DNA from: Parasitella parasitica NRRL 2501
Taxonomy: Eukaryota > Fungi > Mucoromycota
Reading direction: 5' to 3'
DNA length: 64,000 nucleotides
NCBI GenBank assembly: GCA_025201805.1
Contig: MU619241.1
Span: 357,600-421,599, forward strand
Part shown: positions 1 to 12,697 of the stretch, in pieces
Layout: each line of letters starts with the position of its first letter
How positions within the stretch are numbered: position 1 is the stretch's first letter
Translations under genes and position numbers: made by a program
Notes under the pieces: model-generated
Seen by the model: only the letters and a program-made list of their open reading frames with translations
What the model was told of the DNA's origin: nothing
Databases searched by the model: none

Positions 1-831
1 AATATTGGGAACCTTGAATTTCAAGGAATGGAGTTTGACAGCTACACGGTCGCCCAGAGTGTTAATTCACATGTCGGGAATAAAGCAAATACCACATCTC
101 TCGTCTTACGTTGATTGAAGGGAACACTGATGATCAATTGCTCACCCTCGCCACTTTGCAAGAAGCTATCGTTGTCCTTGAAGATGTTCTTGACGTTATG
201 TGCTTCTTGTTGGTTCAATGCGTCCATTTGATTAGGCGTAATGAATTCAGTCAAGTCAACCTAACAAAGCACAGACATCAGCAAGTGAAAATGGCACGGA
301 AATCAGATGCCAGATCTTACATAACCAGGAACACCCACGCTTTTTTTAACAGAGCCTGAGCCTGAGCCTGTTGCGCCTTCAGAATGCTTTTTGATAAGAG
401 CTTCAAGTGCTTTATGATCAGCACCTTTCATCTCTTCTACTTTGCTGCCGCCCTTATAGAATTGGAAAGTAGGCCTGCGCAATGTATACAAAATGGCATG
501 AATCACTAGCTAGCATTTTGGAGAATGACTGGGAGACAACTTACATGGAAGTAATATTACACGCTGCAGCGACATCTTTGGCCTGATCCACATCAACCTT
601 TGCAAACACGACTTGACGATATTTGTTAGACAGTTGAACATAAGCGGGAGAAATCAACTTGCAAGGCCCACTGTTGTATAAAAGCAGATTAATAACCATG
701 CTACGCGTTGCATATCCCATGTCCATCGTTTACCACCAAGTCGCAAAGAAATCCACAACAACCAGCTTGTCTTTTGTTGCCAGGAGGTTTTTGAACTCTA
801 GGCCATTTGAAATGTTTTGTATAGCAGCCAT
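1..831 (-). CDS. TXNL1: Thioredoxin-like protein with C-terminal PITH domain (Txl1/TXNL1 family); runs off the window start
   Basis: Spliced reading MAAIQNIS...LVVVDFFATW/CGPCK (WCGPC active site split by a GT-AG intron), then AKVDVDQ...MPTFQFYK, then PITH-like LNQQEAHNVKNIF...EQLIISVPFNQ/VKLHSLKF. Confidence 0.9.
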
Positions 832-1015
832 GTTGTGTGTTTCGAAATAAAGGGCAAAGATTACGTCTTACGTGTACCACTCACTTGTAACATTTTGGAA
901 GCTTCAAATGAAATTCATGTCCCATCTGCTTTATTAAAGTCACATTATAATCCACCCCCCTTCGAGTTCATTCACACTATGGGTGCCTTTTACCTTTATT
1001 CAAACCAGTCAAACC

Positions 1016-1733
1016 ATGGCCAAGTATGCAGTTATTTGTGCGAGCAATCAAAATAGATCCATGGAAGCGCATCATGTGCTAAAGTAAGTTTTTGGCAGGG
1101 TGAGGATGAGGCGGGACGCAATGCCAACGACCTCTTTTTTTTTTTTTTTTTGTAACTAGCAAGAAGGGCTTCAATGTCAAGTCATACGGCACAGGCACTA
1201 TGGTTCGCTTGCCAGGCCCAGCTATCGACAAACCCAACATCTACCCCTTTGGAACGCCGTATGAGAAAGTTTACCAAGAGCTGAAGCAACAAGATCAAGC
1301 ACTCTACACACAGAATGGCTTGCTAAGCATGCTTGACCGTAATCGTAAAACAAAGGAGGCTCCGCAAAGATGGCATGAGTCGCGAGAGTTGTTTGATGTG
1401 ATTATCACCTGCGAAGAGCGTTGTTTTGACTCGGTTATTGAAGATCTGTGTAATCGTGGACAGAATCTGAATCAAAGTACGCATGTTATCAATGTCGAGA
1501 TCAAGGATAACCATGAGGATGCGTTATTAGGCGGAAGAGCAATACTACAATTGGCTCAGATGGTAAAATACTACAATCTGCATTGTGTTGTGTATTAATC
1601 AATCCTTTTTTTTTTCCCGAAAATATAGATTGAAGCTTCAAACGACATTGATGCAGATATGGATGGTATCATTGAAGAATTCACACTTAGAAACTCAGGA
1701 TTTCCTATTTTGCACACGATTGCCTATTTTTAA
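1016..1733 (+). CDS. SSU72: RNA polymerase II CTD phosphatase Ssu72 (2 introns)
   Basis: Exon 1 MAKYAVICASNQNRSMEAH (CX5R motif), then SYGTGTMVRLPGP...FDVIITCEERCFD...IKDNHEDALLGG; stop TAA at 1731-1733. Confidence 0.96.
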
Positions 1734-2216
1734 GATTGCTATTAAACTCACTGTACATATGAAATGTTTTGATTCTTTAAATTCTTTGTTCCGCTGTCAG
1801 AGTTTTTGCTGCAACACCTGCAAATCCTGCCAACTTGGTAATCGGCTTCTCTTAGATACGGTTGTACGCATTCTTAAGGGATGCTATCTTGCCTGAGATA
1901 CTAGATGAATAGAGTTTTTCAGTGGTGGCTAGCATACTGGTCACAGCCATCTACTGTGAAGGCCACATAAAAATAACGAGCCGTCTTCAATATGAAATCA
2001 GAATAGTTGAATCTTATGTGGCAGGGATCATTCAAACTTGGCTTTTAAATAGTGTTTTGTCAAGTGCGTGATGTGGTATCATATTTGGAGTAAAGTATTC
2101 CCCCCTCCCCACATTGAAAATGGCAGCCAAAATTTTTCTACAAGGTTTATATACAATGATTCCACAGAAACATGCGTAATTAACTAGTTGCAAGGTTTTT
2201 TTTATATTTTTTTTAT

Positions 2217-3414
2217 TTAAAGCTTTGCAGACTTCAAATTGATCCGAGCAGCTTTCTCCAATTCTTGTCTTCTATTACGGGCAGTGATTAAGGCAGCAGC
2301 AGCTCTTGAATTGGTGGGTCTACCCAGCTTTTCAGAGATCCAATCACCAGTATCGATAAGAGCATCCAGATCAACACCAGTCTTGAGCCCCAAGCCATTC
2401 AGCATGTAAACCACGTCTTCAGTAGCCACATTTCCCTTTGCCCCGGGAGCATATGGACAGCCACCAAGACCAGCAACGGAGCTATCAACGACTCGGACGC
2501 CATACTCTAATGCCTTTAAAATGTTGGCTAATGCTTGGCCGTAGGTGTCGTGGCAATGGACAGCCACCGCCTCGATAGGAACCACCTTCAGGACATGCTC
2601 CAACAGAGTGCCCATAGATCCAGCAGTGCCAACCCCAATAGTATCACCCAAACTGATCTCATAACACCCAGCATCGTACAGTTCTTTAGCCAATTCTGCC
2701 ACCTTTGCGGGATCGACTTTGCCCTCATAGGGACAGCCGAGAACGCAAGAAAGATAGCCTCTTACTCGCAAGTTTTGATCCAGCGCCTTTTTCAAAATGT
2801 CTTTGGCTCGAACAAGAGACTCTTCAGTGGAGCAGTTTGTATTTTTGCGATTGAACGAATCTGTCACAGCCGTAAATAACGCAACCTCCTCGGCTCCGGC
2901 GGCAACGGCGCCTTCTAAACCTTTGAGATTGGGGGTCAAGACAGGATAAAATACGCCAGGCTTCTTTCTGACGGAAGTCAGCACCTGCTTGTTATCGCCC
3001 ATCTAGTTTTTTTTCACAAGCCAATTGGCCTTGATTACTAACGAGCGCTTTCAATGCTTCTCTTCTTTTTTTATTACCTGAGGCACCCATTTAGGACTAA
3101 CAAAGCTCGTGGCTTCAACCACGGACAAACCATTGCTTGCGAGTCTTTCAATCAGTTCGATCTTTACTTGCGCAGGCACGAGAGTCTTTTCATTCTGCAA
3201 ACCATCTCTAGGCCCTACTTCGACTATCTTTACAAAATCAGACGAGTAAGGCGAGATGGCAGGCCTTGCATAGCTTCTTTTCAAAATCTACAATGATGTT
3301 AGCTTTTTGTTGTCGTCGCAGCCATGTCTCCAGCCAAAAAAAAAAAAAAAGCACCTGATTTTTTAGCGATGCTCTTGCTGCGATTTTCGACACAGACGAG
3401 GTATAAAAACGCAT
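2217..3414 (-). CDS. HMGCL: Mitochondrial hydroxymethylglutaryl-CoA lyase (2 introns)
   Basis: [40 protein letters not shown] and [19 protein letters not shown] motifs; Arg/Ser-rich presequence [14 protein letters not shown]. Confidence 0.96.
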
Positions 3415-3571
3415 CTTGACACTGATATTAAGAAGAATAGACAAGAAAAAGAGAATTACATTTATTAGGATGGGGTAAAAAAAAAAAAAAAAATATTTAT
3501 ATAATGTTATGAGAAATTTGTCTCACGGTCATGTGTAAAAGAGGCCGCCCCCCCCCCCTCCTCTCCTCCTC

Positions 3572-4510
3572 CTATGCCCAAGTGATTGTCAGACCTATAA
3601 TCAATCCTAGCAGTAATATGCTAACCAGCGTCATGCAGCAATTCACTATCTGGAAGGCTCTTTGTTGGTTATGCAGAGAGCCTTTATCTGATCGCATAAA
3701 GAACCGCCATGTCCCGGCCCACCAAAGAGGGAAAAAGAGGAATCCGAACAAGAACAAAAACATGTCTGTCCGATTTACATGGCTTGACATTGGAATTACG
3801 CTTGTTTCCAATGCTGCAGGAGGTATCGCTGTGGTTACGATTTCATCATTGCTCAAAACGTCATTGGAGGTTGCCACATTATCCTGGCCAGCAGGAAGGC
3901 TGTTGTTGCGGCTGCTTTCATTCATGTCTACCACAACGGTATCTGCTCTTTGTTCCTGATACGCTGATCCTGACGAGCCGCTGTCTTGCTCCAAAATCCT
4001 TTGATTATCCAAATGTGGGTCATACTGACGGATAGCGTCCCATTTTGTTTGCAGCTCAGAGTCTGTATCAGCTTTGCTAGTAGTAGTAGTAGTAGTAGTA
4101 GTAGAAGAGGAGCCAATGTTGCCATTAGCCACTGCGCTGCTGTTGCTTCTCGAGAGATTCAATATGAGGTTTGCCAGTGTTTCTCTTTTCTTCCGGTTCT
4201 TTTGCTGCCTTATTGTAGTAGTGGTAGTTGGAAATCTTTTCAGGATGGGGGGCTCAGCTAGTCGATTTCTGGTGCTATTTCGATGGTTTTGGTGCTGCTG
4301 CCGATATTGTCGTGCGTCGAGCGGGAATGATTTGCGTCTGGTTTCGTAATCCGGCTGGTATTCGCTGATCTGCCCTGATATGGAGCTGTTTTTGTATGCT
4401 TTTTTATGGTGGATCAGAATATCGTCGCAGCTGCCGTTATTATGGGTATAGTAATATCGAAAAAGTGGCCAATTCCCATGTAGATTATCAATTGTATTCC
4501 TACGACCCAT
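3572..4510 (-). CDS. Hypothetical protein, low-complexity N-terminus with two C-terminal transmembrane helices
   Basis: 312-aa ATG ORF; FLFLFGFLFFPLWWAG and MTLVSILLLGLIIGLTITWA hydrophobic segments; TATAAATAA about 50 nt upstream on the minus strand. Confidence 0.75.
   Translation of the reverse strand: MGRRNTIDNLHGNWPLFRYYYTHNNGSCDDILIHHKKAYKNSSISGQISEYQPDYETRRKSFPLDARQYRQQHQNHRNSTRNRLAEPPILKRFPTTTTTIRQQKNRKKRETLANLILNLSRSNSSAVANGNIGSSSTTTTTTTTSKADTDSELQTKWDAIRQYDPHLDNQRILEQDSGSSGSAYQEQRADTVVVDMNESSRNNSLPAGQDNVATSNDVLSNDEIVTTAIPPAALETSVIPMSSHVNRTDMFLFLFGFLFFPLWWAGTWRFFMRSDKGSLHNQQRAFQIVNCCMTLVSILLLGLIIGLTITWA
4076..4104. repeat. (TAG)n trinucleotide microsatellite encoding a poly-Thr run on the minus strand
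   Basis: tagtagtagtag... run seen directly. Confidence 0.9.
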
Positions 4511-4666
4511 TTTTGTGCAATGAAAAGAAAGAGAGGCTGTTTATTGTTTGTACATTACTTTATTTATACAGGGAAATGAAGCCCCCCCCCCCTCCCTCTC
4601 CTCTCCTTCCCCTTAATCAATGAACGTAATCTGATCACGTCTTTCTTTGGCAACATTTCATGAATT

Positions 4667-5570
4667 TCATGTCAGCAAGTCTTCGTCTATAGGCGTTCTA
4701 AGGCGGATTTCTTTCTCCATCAACAACCTAATCAGCTCATTCGCCTCCTTTTCATCCATGTTCGTGCCGAACGACTTGATCCCGAGCATGTATAGTTCTG
4801 TAAATCGCTGGTTAGACATGCTGCTGGTCGATAACCACACACTAAAAATAAAGCTAACCTTTCGACCATGGGCATTCCCGAATTGATCTATAAAACAAAC
4901 TACGAGCCCTTTGGGTGTTATTCTGCAGCAGCTCGAATTGAATGTAACACTTCCACAGCAAGATGGATGCCTTTGTCCGGCTATCCTGCGTTGACCTCTC
5001 GAGATAGTCTCTAACAGAGTTTACATGGTACGGTGTATACTTGTGTAATTCGCTATAAATAGCAGACAGCCATAAAATGACATTCGAGTCCCTACAAATG
5101 CTATATCAGTATTCCGTATGCAGATGCACCTGCTCCTTACTTTTTAACTGCATCATTTAATAAATGTTGGACCCTATTGTAGATCTTTGTTTTGGACTCA
5201 TTCCATATATAAAACGCAAGGAATATGGTGTTGTTAGGAAACAGTGCAAGTGCGTGTTCCATCGCCTGTCTCAACAATCCCGGTTTGTAGCTTGTATTGG
5301 TGGTAGCGTGCCTATAAAGGAGTGTCGCGTAATCGATCCACACTACTTCCGCCTCGTATCCTCTTTCTGCTTGACGGTCTTTGATGTAATCCAGCGCATG
5401 CTGATAAACAAGACAAGCACTGTCCAACCCACTTGACAGGTACTCGAATAGAGCGCTGCATCCAACCATGTTGATGGCAATGTGTCTTTCTGATTGTGAT
5501 TGAGACAGTGTCGATAACTGGGCCAACTTTTGAGTGAAATACTATTACAGGCTTTGTGAGCTTGGCCTGC

Positions 5571-5601
<31 letters not shown>

Positions 5602-8600
5602 CCTCTCTCTTTGCTCCCCCGCCTCCATACCTCTCTTGTTTTTAGTATCGAAGTTGACGTTGGGGGTGGCGTTTGATCGCCTACGGAAGGCTAATTAGAG
5701 CACTCTCTCCTCCTTATTTGTTGTAAAACTTACTGTAAGGCTGATTACTCGACATGGACACTAAAATCTTTAGCGCTTCATGAGGCCTACTGTTCTCCAT
5801 TTCCAGCTTGGCAAACATGTTGTACAGTACAGGGGCGTTTCTCTGCTCATTTTCAGGGAATGTACGATACATGGACAATGCAGTCAGATATACTTTGCGT
5901 GCCTACAATTTTCGGATGCAATGGACTTTGTTAGGAGACATCTCCTGACGACGATACAAAGACGACAAACCTCGTCAAGCCGACTGTGGCTTTTTTCCAT
6001 TTGTGCATACGCATTCCATAGTGTCAGGCTATTCCTCTGATCTTTCAACAACGATTTTGCCAACTGACGACCCCTATTCAATTCAAGCGCTATTAGGCAT
6101 TGCAGAATGGACATCTTGCATGTAGCTTACGATTTCTGACCACAGCTAGACTCGAAAGCGAGATAGCAGATGGTTAGATGCTCTGATTTCTCTCTAGTCA
6201 GTAACTGCTGAAACACAGTTCTACTCAAGCGTTAACAACAGCGCACTTTATCAGCGTTTACAGACTTGCCTCGTAAACTTTTCATCAATGTCGCACCGGA
6301 TATACTCTTTCCCCGCACATTTGAACCAATCTCCTGATTTAGCGAAAAGTTCATTTAATCCTACGGGAAACGAGCCTGGTATATAGTATGGATTCATCTC
6401 GGACGTTGTTTGCTCGGGATTCATAGGGACGCCGGATACGTACCACACCAAATGCTTTGTTCCGTTCTGATCAGCAGGCCAGAAATTGTTCAATGGCATT
6501 TCGTTGTGCGTGAATGCATCTGTAAAGAAGTGAGTATTGGTGCCCACTTGAGGCGGTGTGTAGGGCAGCCCAATAAAGACAAATATAGAGTATATCAAGC
6601 TCTGACGAGCATCGTTTGTTGTTGTGTTGAACAGAAACGGCTTGATGTCATCCGATAGAACGATGCGATATGGATCATCGTCTACGCTGTCATCCTCGGC
6701 CTGGCTCATACGCAAGGGCATGCGATTCTTTCGTTCGCTTTCCACTTCAGACGCAAGCCAATCCTTCAACGAAAAAACTTCATTTTCGTCATCGTCATTC
6801 ACAGCAGACGGCTTGTCAAACACTGCATCGGGTACCTCTTCTCCGTTATCTGTGGCCCTGAAATACTCGTGCCAGCCAAGAGCGCCCTCCTCGCCAAACC
6901 GCAACACTTCACTGTCCCAGAATTCGACAAATGCTTTAGATTTTTCTTCGAGCTGCTGCTGCACACGCCCCGTATTAAAGTTGACAGGCTGATACAGGTT
7001 GAACTCCACCGCAGCTTGGATAATGGCAAATGCCTTTTCCTGGTATCCAGACTGCTTGATAAATAAGCATGCTCTCAGTAGAATGTAAACCATCAGCGAC
7101 TCGATATCCTCGAGCTGCTCGTAATTACCCTCTTGGCTGCAGCTCTTGACTTGTCTTTTCAAAATCGACAAGGCATCCTCAAACACCTGCACACACTGCG
7201 TGTATGAGAAACTGGCAAAATTTGTTTGGCGAAGGTTGATGTATTCAGCCCACAGACGGATAGAATCAGGATGCTGTTTGAGCATAGTGTCCCATTCTCT
7301 CAACAACTTTAGCGTCTCCCAAGTCTCTGCTCCACAGCGCAGATATTCATAGATCAGCTCTTCGTCAGTAGGGTTATGATCCAGCGCCTTTTCAAAAATG
7401 CTTAGTTTAACCTCGTTCAAGCTAGACTTATTGGTTTTGTTGGTTGCAGCAGACGGGTCTAGTCCTGCTGCCGCTTCATCTTGAAAGCGGATAAAATCCA
7501 ACCACAGCTGTACATTTTCAGGGGTTTGGTCCAATTTTCGGTTGAAATCAATAGTTCGTTGACGAATTTGATCGTTGAAACTCTCGCCCTGCTCGTTCTC
7601 GTTCTCGTCGTCTTCGTCTTCTTCTCTGTCTTGGTCCGTTTTGCTGCGCTTCACTTTGTTTCCTTCCAGCGATCTATAATCGACTCCGCTGGCTGCATAC
7701 GTTTCGCTGTCCATTGCGCTTTTACCGAGATTGTCGTCAAATGTGATTATGTTTGAATGCGATGCAAACGGATCTGTGATGTTCCTTTTGGGTTTGATGC
7801 GAGTTCTACCAAAGAAGAATGAGACCCTGCTCGTGTGAAAAAGGGCGTCAATAAAAAGCCTACCTTTTCAAGTTTTTGTCCAATTCCTTCCAAGCATAAT
7901 TTGAATCGGTGTATCTCGAGGGCTTCTTTTCGGATTTATCGATAATAGTTACTTGGCCTGTTTTGATGACAGAGCTATCAATGCGCTTATTGAATGGCAG
8001 TCCAATTATCCTGCCTCCTCCTCGTCGCTTATACTCTGGTATTGTGTATACATGGCTTCCTCCGTATGTTAAATTATCGGCATCGCCTCTTTTGTCCATG
8101 ACAAACGAAATGCCAGTGTTCAATGTGCCTGTGTGTGTGATTTCGGGCGATCGTTGTCGATGACGAGACGACTTCTGGACACGCAGTGTGAACAAAAAAT
8201 GAGAACCCACATCTAACCCTGGTGATTTACAACATTTACCTCATGACGGCGTGAATGTCTGCTACTGCGATGTGAAGGTGATCGAGATCTGTGTCTTTGG
8301 CTGCTACGGTGTGACGAAGGTGAGCGAGATCCATGGCGATGAGTGCCACTACTGCGGTGTGCTCGATGCTTGTCAGATGGTGGTGATCGATCATGTCGAG
8401 ATTTCTTTTTGTCTGCGGTTACCAGGCTTTAATTGAGATTCCTAGTATTGATATTGAGTCTAGTTTTACCTTGAGTGTTGAGTGCTAAAAAATCAGGAGC
8501 GCTTGAAAAGGAAGGAATAGGTATACCGGCATGGATGTTGGGAGCAGAATCAAACACTGGTGGTGCAAGGATACCTCGTGTCAATGCCTTGCGTAAACAT

Positions 8601-8677
8601 TTGTAAGAGTCTATCTTTTTCTTTTGTTTTTTCAAAACATGATTCTGTTAATTTACCTTGCTTTTGTCCGAATTCAT
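4667..8677 (-). CDS. NRDE2: NRDE2 homologue (nuclear exosome regulator / nuclear RNAi factor, HAT-repeat-like), multi-exon
   Basis: DKRGDADNLTYG...IPEYKRRG, PENVQLWLDFIRFQD, KLSIFEKAL, QSGYQEKAFAIIQAAVEFN, FWDSEVLRFGEEGALGW, DDPYRIVLSDDI, and C-terminal LLMEKEIRLRTP; first exon MNSDKSK inferred from splice signals. Confidence 0.9.
5572..5610. repeat. (CT)n/(GA)n microsatellite within an NRDE2 intron
   Basis: ctctctctct run seen directly. Confidence 0.9.
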
Positions 8678-9143
8678 CTTTTAAAAAATCCAAAAATCCA
8701 AAAATCCAATACTCCAAAAAGAGAAAGAAGTATCAACAACAAGGCAGACTTTTAAATACTCAAGGCTTTGGTGACTCGCTAATGGTTCCATCCACCAGTG
8801 CTCTCACTCGCATGAATCCGATGTATCGCTCTAAAATCAGTGCTGAAATTCCCTTCTTTTGATATTTAGCCATCTGGAGAGAGTAGTGAATGTGTAGGAT
8901 TGAAGATTTCATTACTTTTTTCTCTTTTATTATCGAGTAGCAACGTTTCCGATGCTTTTAATTTGAGCCCACTTTTCTTTATTGAAAAAGATGCTCCTCA
9001 TATGACAAAAGTTAAAGAAGAAGAAAAAAAAAAAGAGCAATCCAGTGAACGGTTGTTTTTGACTTGAATCAACTGCCACTGTGTTCTCATGCCAAGGAAT
9101 TCAGCGCATAACAATAGCGACGTCGCTGAAAATCATAACCGAT

Positions 9144-9266
9144 CGGTATATTGAGACCGACAGATATACTGAGTCGGAGGAAAATGATAAGCGGCCGGTG
9201 TATTTAGGCTGGCAGATGTACTGAGTCGGCGAAAAATGATAGGCAACGGGTATATTTAGACTGACA
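9144..9266. repeat. Imperfect 52-bp tandem repeat, about 2.4 copies
   Basis: Units start at 9144, 9196 and 9248 and share cggtatatt-ag-c-g-caga--tactgagtcgg--aaaatgata. Confidence 0.85.
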
Positions 9267-9889
9267 TTTACACCGATATGCTTCGATCTTCAGACACCAG
9301 TCATAGTAGTCGAGGCCTTTTGCGGGAACGCATGTCTCAATAAAGAACAAGGTTGGGTTTGAGGACATGTTTTTTTGTCAGTATATAGCGGTGCTAGGAT
9401 GGTGTTGCGCCTGAGATCCAGCTTCTCGGGCATGCCTCAACTCTGCACGCACCAAGGCCATACTCTCTACTCAAGACTCTTCTCTCCTTCTCTGTCGGTT
9501 CATGATTATTCATCTTGCTGGCATTACATTTTGTTTCTGTGTGGTGCAAGCTTATTAATCCATTCCATAGTCTTGTACCTAGGCAAATGTTGTGTATAGT
9601 TTAGATATTCCAGTTTTGTTTTCGGAAAAAAGTAGCCAGCAATATTGATCATATCGGCAATAGCGGCAACCCCCCCCCCCTGGATCATTTCGCAAAACGA
9701 TAGGAGAATGAGTGATTTGAAATGGCATGTAAATTATATTAATTTCACATTTATTCTTTTGAATTTATCCTTCTTACCACGTTTGACTAGGAAAGATTTA
9801 TCTTTCTCTGTCAAAATCTATACATATATATATACTTTTTTTTCTACAATTTATCACTGCTTTTTGGGAAGTGTTTGCTAATGCTACTC

Positions 9890-11494
9890 CATCTTCAGCT
9901 AAGAGCTTGAATACATTGTTTTTCCCTGATTCTTTAAAGGTTTTGATTTGAAACCCTTGAATAATGTCCTCGATGTTGCGCCTGGTACTGGTGTCAAATT
10001 TCCTGAAGGGAAAGGGGGGGGGGGCAAAGTGCTACTAAATGGCCTTGGCCTTGATACTGTTCCTAACGCTGGTCCTTTGAATGCTGGTCTTAATACTGAA
10101 GAGAATTTGATTAGAGAAACTATGGCTAATATCAAGGTGAGAAGGAGGGTGTGCTGGCGTTACTCGCCTAACACGGTTCTCGTCTTCACTATGGCGATAA
10201 AGGCCACCTAGCCCATTGTGGACTATTCATGTTGTTTCCAGCAAGCTGTGTATAACGCTGGTTTACGGGTGGGCAATCCTCATGGCTGGTCGGCTCGTGG
10301 CTTCGTTGATCCTACCTGAGCAAACAGCGGTGCGTATTACTCTGGTTTGCGAGCAGGGCATTGAGTCCTGGACTGTGGATCGTATTACACAAGTTTCTAG
10401 GAATGTGTTGGGTGATGATAACACCTTTTATGCTCATGTTACGACATTGTTGCCTGGAGTGGTTGTCTCGGGCATGGAGGTAAATGATGCAGATGGTGGG
10501 TCTCGCCGTGGCAAATCTTCTCCTGGCTAGTGGAAAAGGCCGGAAAAGAGAGGTGGACAGAAGAGATTCCATTGTGAGCAACATGGTCCGAATGAGTCGC
10601 ATGCTACCAAGAATTGTCAACTTCTCAAGTTTCAGAGAGCTAGGGCTGCGGGCAAATGCGTAAGATATTGGCAACATGTTGAGAAAGGCTATTTGTGTTA
10701 TGGTGACAGACCTCCTGAAGTTGGTCCGTCTGCTACTGGGTTGAGTAATCGTGAGGTTTTTGCGACTAGTGTGGTACCAGTTCCTAAGGCTCAGGCACCA
10801 ACTAAGGACCTGGTGGAGATTCACGCTGAGGGCGAGGATTTTCTCATGGGAGAATTAAACTTCGATTATAAGTTACAAAGTGTTGTGGAGAAAATGGTGC
10901 TGAGACTAATTTCTTTGCGTTGTTGACAACATTGTCGATTTGTGTGAGGCTTGGTCGAGATGTGAAAGCTGCTAGGAAAGTGGACACTGGCTCACAAGTT
11001 GGTTGCATCAGTGTTGATTTTTTGATGAATAAATTGAGTATTACCCGAGTGCAAAGAGTTGAGGGCCATTTAAATTTCTTGCCAAGGTCTGTCAGAAAGA
11101 GTTGCGATGACACTTCCTTTAAAATTTAGATATGCCAACGGCATCGTATTTGTACATGCATCTGAGGTAGTTAATTTCGAAAATTATCTGGATTTTGATC
11201 TGTTGGTAGGACTGGATGTGTTACCAAAGACGGATTTTGGGTTAACGAGTCTGGGCGTTTCGCATTGATAGTGAACATATCCATTTGGATGCAGCAATTA
11301 ACGACCAGGACATGTTTAACACCATCAATTTAAACTTTGGCGACAATGATTTGGAGGCGGACAGTGCTCCGGCAGGAAGAGCCGAGGAATGCAGTGAGTT
11401 TGTGAGTTATTTTAAAGACTCTGTAAAAAAAAATGAGTTGGTACTTGTAGCGCCACATTGTCTATTGTGGAAAAGCAGACAATGGAGTGGTTGA
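9890..11494 (+). mobile_element. Degenerate Ty3/Gypsy-type LTR retrotransposon fragment (gag + aspartic protease; RT/integrase absent)
   Basis: Frameshifted gag-like segment (FQQAVYNAGL...RLVASL), zinc knuckle CEQHGPNESHATKNC at 10573-10617, protease VDTGS at ~10980-10994, DLLVGLDVLPK at ~11195-11230; many stops and frameshifts. Confidence 0.8.
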
Positions 11495-12697
11495 GTACTG
11501 AGTCAACCTTATATTGTGTCAAAAAGTAATGAAGCAGTATAATACATTACATTAATGTGTTTCTTACGATTATCCTACTCAATTGTTAATAATTCCTCTG
11601 TCAAATTCTTCGATCATATCATAATCGTCTTTATGGTAACTAGGTTTTTTTTTTCACTTTTCTCAGGAATGGGACACCATTCATTTTTGAAGTCTGATGA
11701 AAACTGAAGAGGACAGTAGACATTAACGCTAGATATATGATTCTGCCTGGAGTCTCCTTCTATTTGTATAGAATATAAGCGAGCCCGCAAATGCAGGTTG
11801 ATGTCTCGTTAAATGGCATCATTACGAAATAGCCTCCATATTAGCGAAGATACTTATGAGTCATTATAAGTCTAGGATGCATAGCATAATGGATGTAGTT
11901 TTAGATAATAAAAGATCGATACCACATTACTGTGTAACTTTAATATGACAGTAACTTCAACTTTATCAAGTTCCCTGTCTTTATTTTCTTGAATTATCTC
12001 ATTCTCAAGTACATGAAGGATTTTATCCAATATTTAAGTAATTCCAATATACTGGGTAACTTGACCTCACACAAACGTCCAAAAAATTCTAGGAAGCACT
12101 AAAAGGAGATCTGGTTAAAAATGAGTTACTTCCACCATAGGAGATACGCCATCTCCGATGTCGTATCAAGGTACACTGACTTCTAACTATAGCACATTTT
12201 GATTCCAATGAGTCATGTGAATGTTTGAAAAATACTAATAATTATCATTTGAAAATTTCAAAAATCAAAATTATAAACTGCTATAAACGAATAATTATAC
12301 CAATTTTGAAAACAGAGATAACAGGACAGAAAAGAGAAGGATAAGATTCCGAGAGTGAAATGGGATAATTTGTACATTTATTATTGTGATTTATAACCAT
12401 ATGATAGATAGACCAAAATTGGATTGAATTGCCTAATGTAGCATTTTTGTTTGAAGGAAGGACATTTCGATAATCGTGCGAAAACGAGTAAACTACTGTG
12501 CGAAATGACATTTATTTGCATTGATTGGCTACCGCCGCCATCTTTGTATTTCCATTGGTGCTATACAATGCCTCTTGCCCTGTTACATTTGATAGCTCGC
12601 TTATTGAAATCCATGTACATTATAAATAAACCTCGTTGATTTATGGCCTTCCTAGTTTTTCTCTAATTTTTCTTTGTTAATAAACAACAAATTGACT

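Noticed and set aside
8567-8574. GTATCCTT on the minus strand, matching the U12 minor-intron donor consensus, in NRDE2
   Set aside because: It lies inside an open exon (ALTRGILAPP) that joins exon 1 through an ordinary GTAAAT...AAG intron, and I found no U12 branch site downstream
9144-9266. CRISPR-like repeat-spacer array
   Set aside because: Eukaryotic context, no unique spacers and no cas genes; the whole unit is repeated
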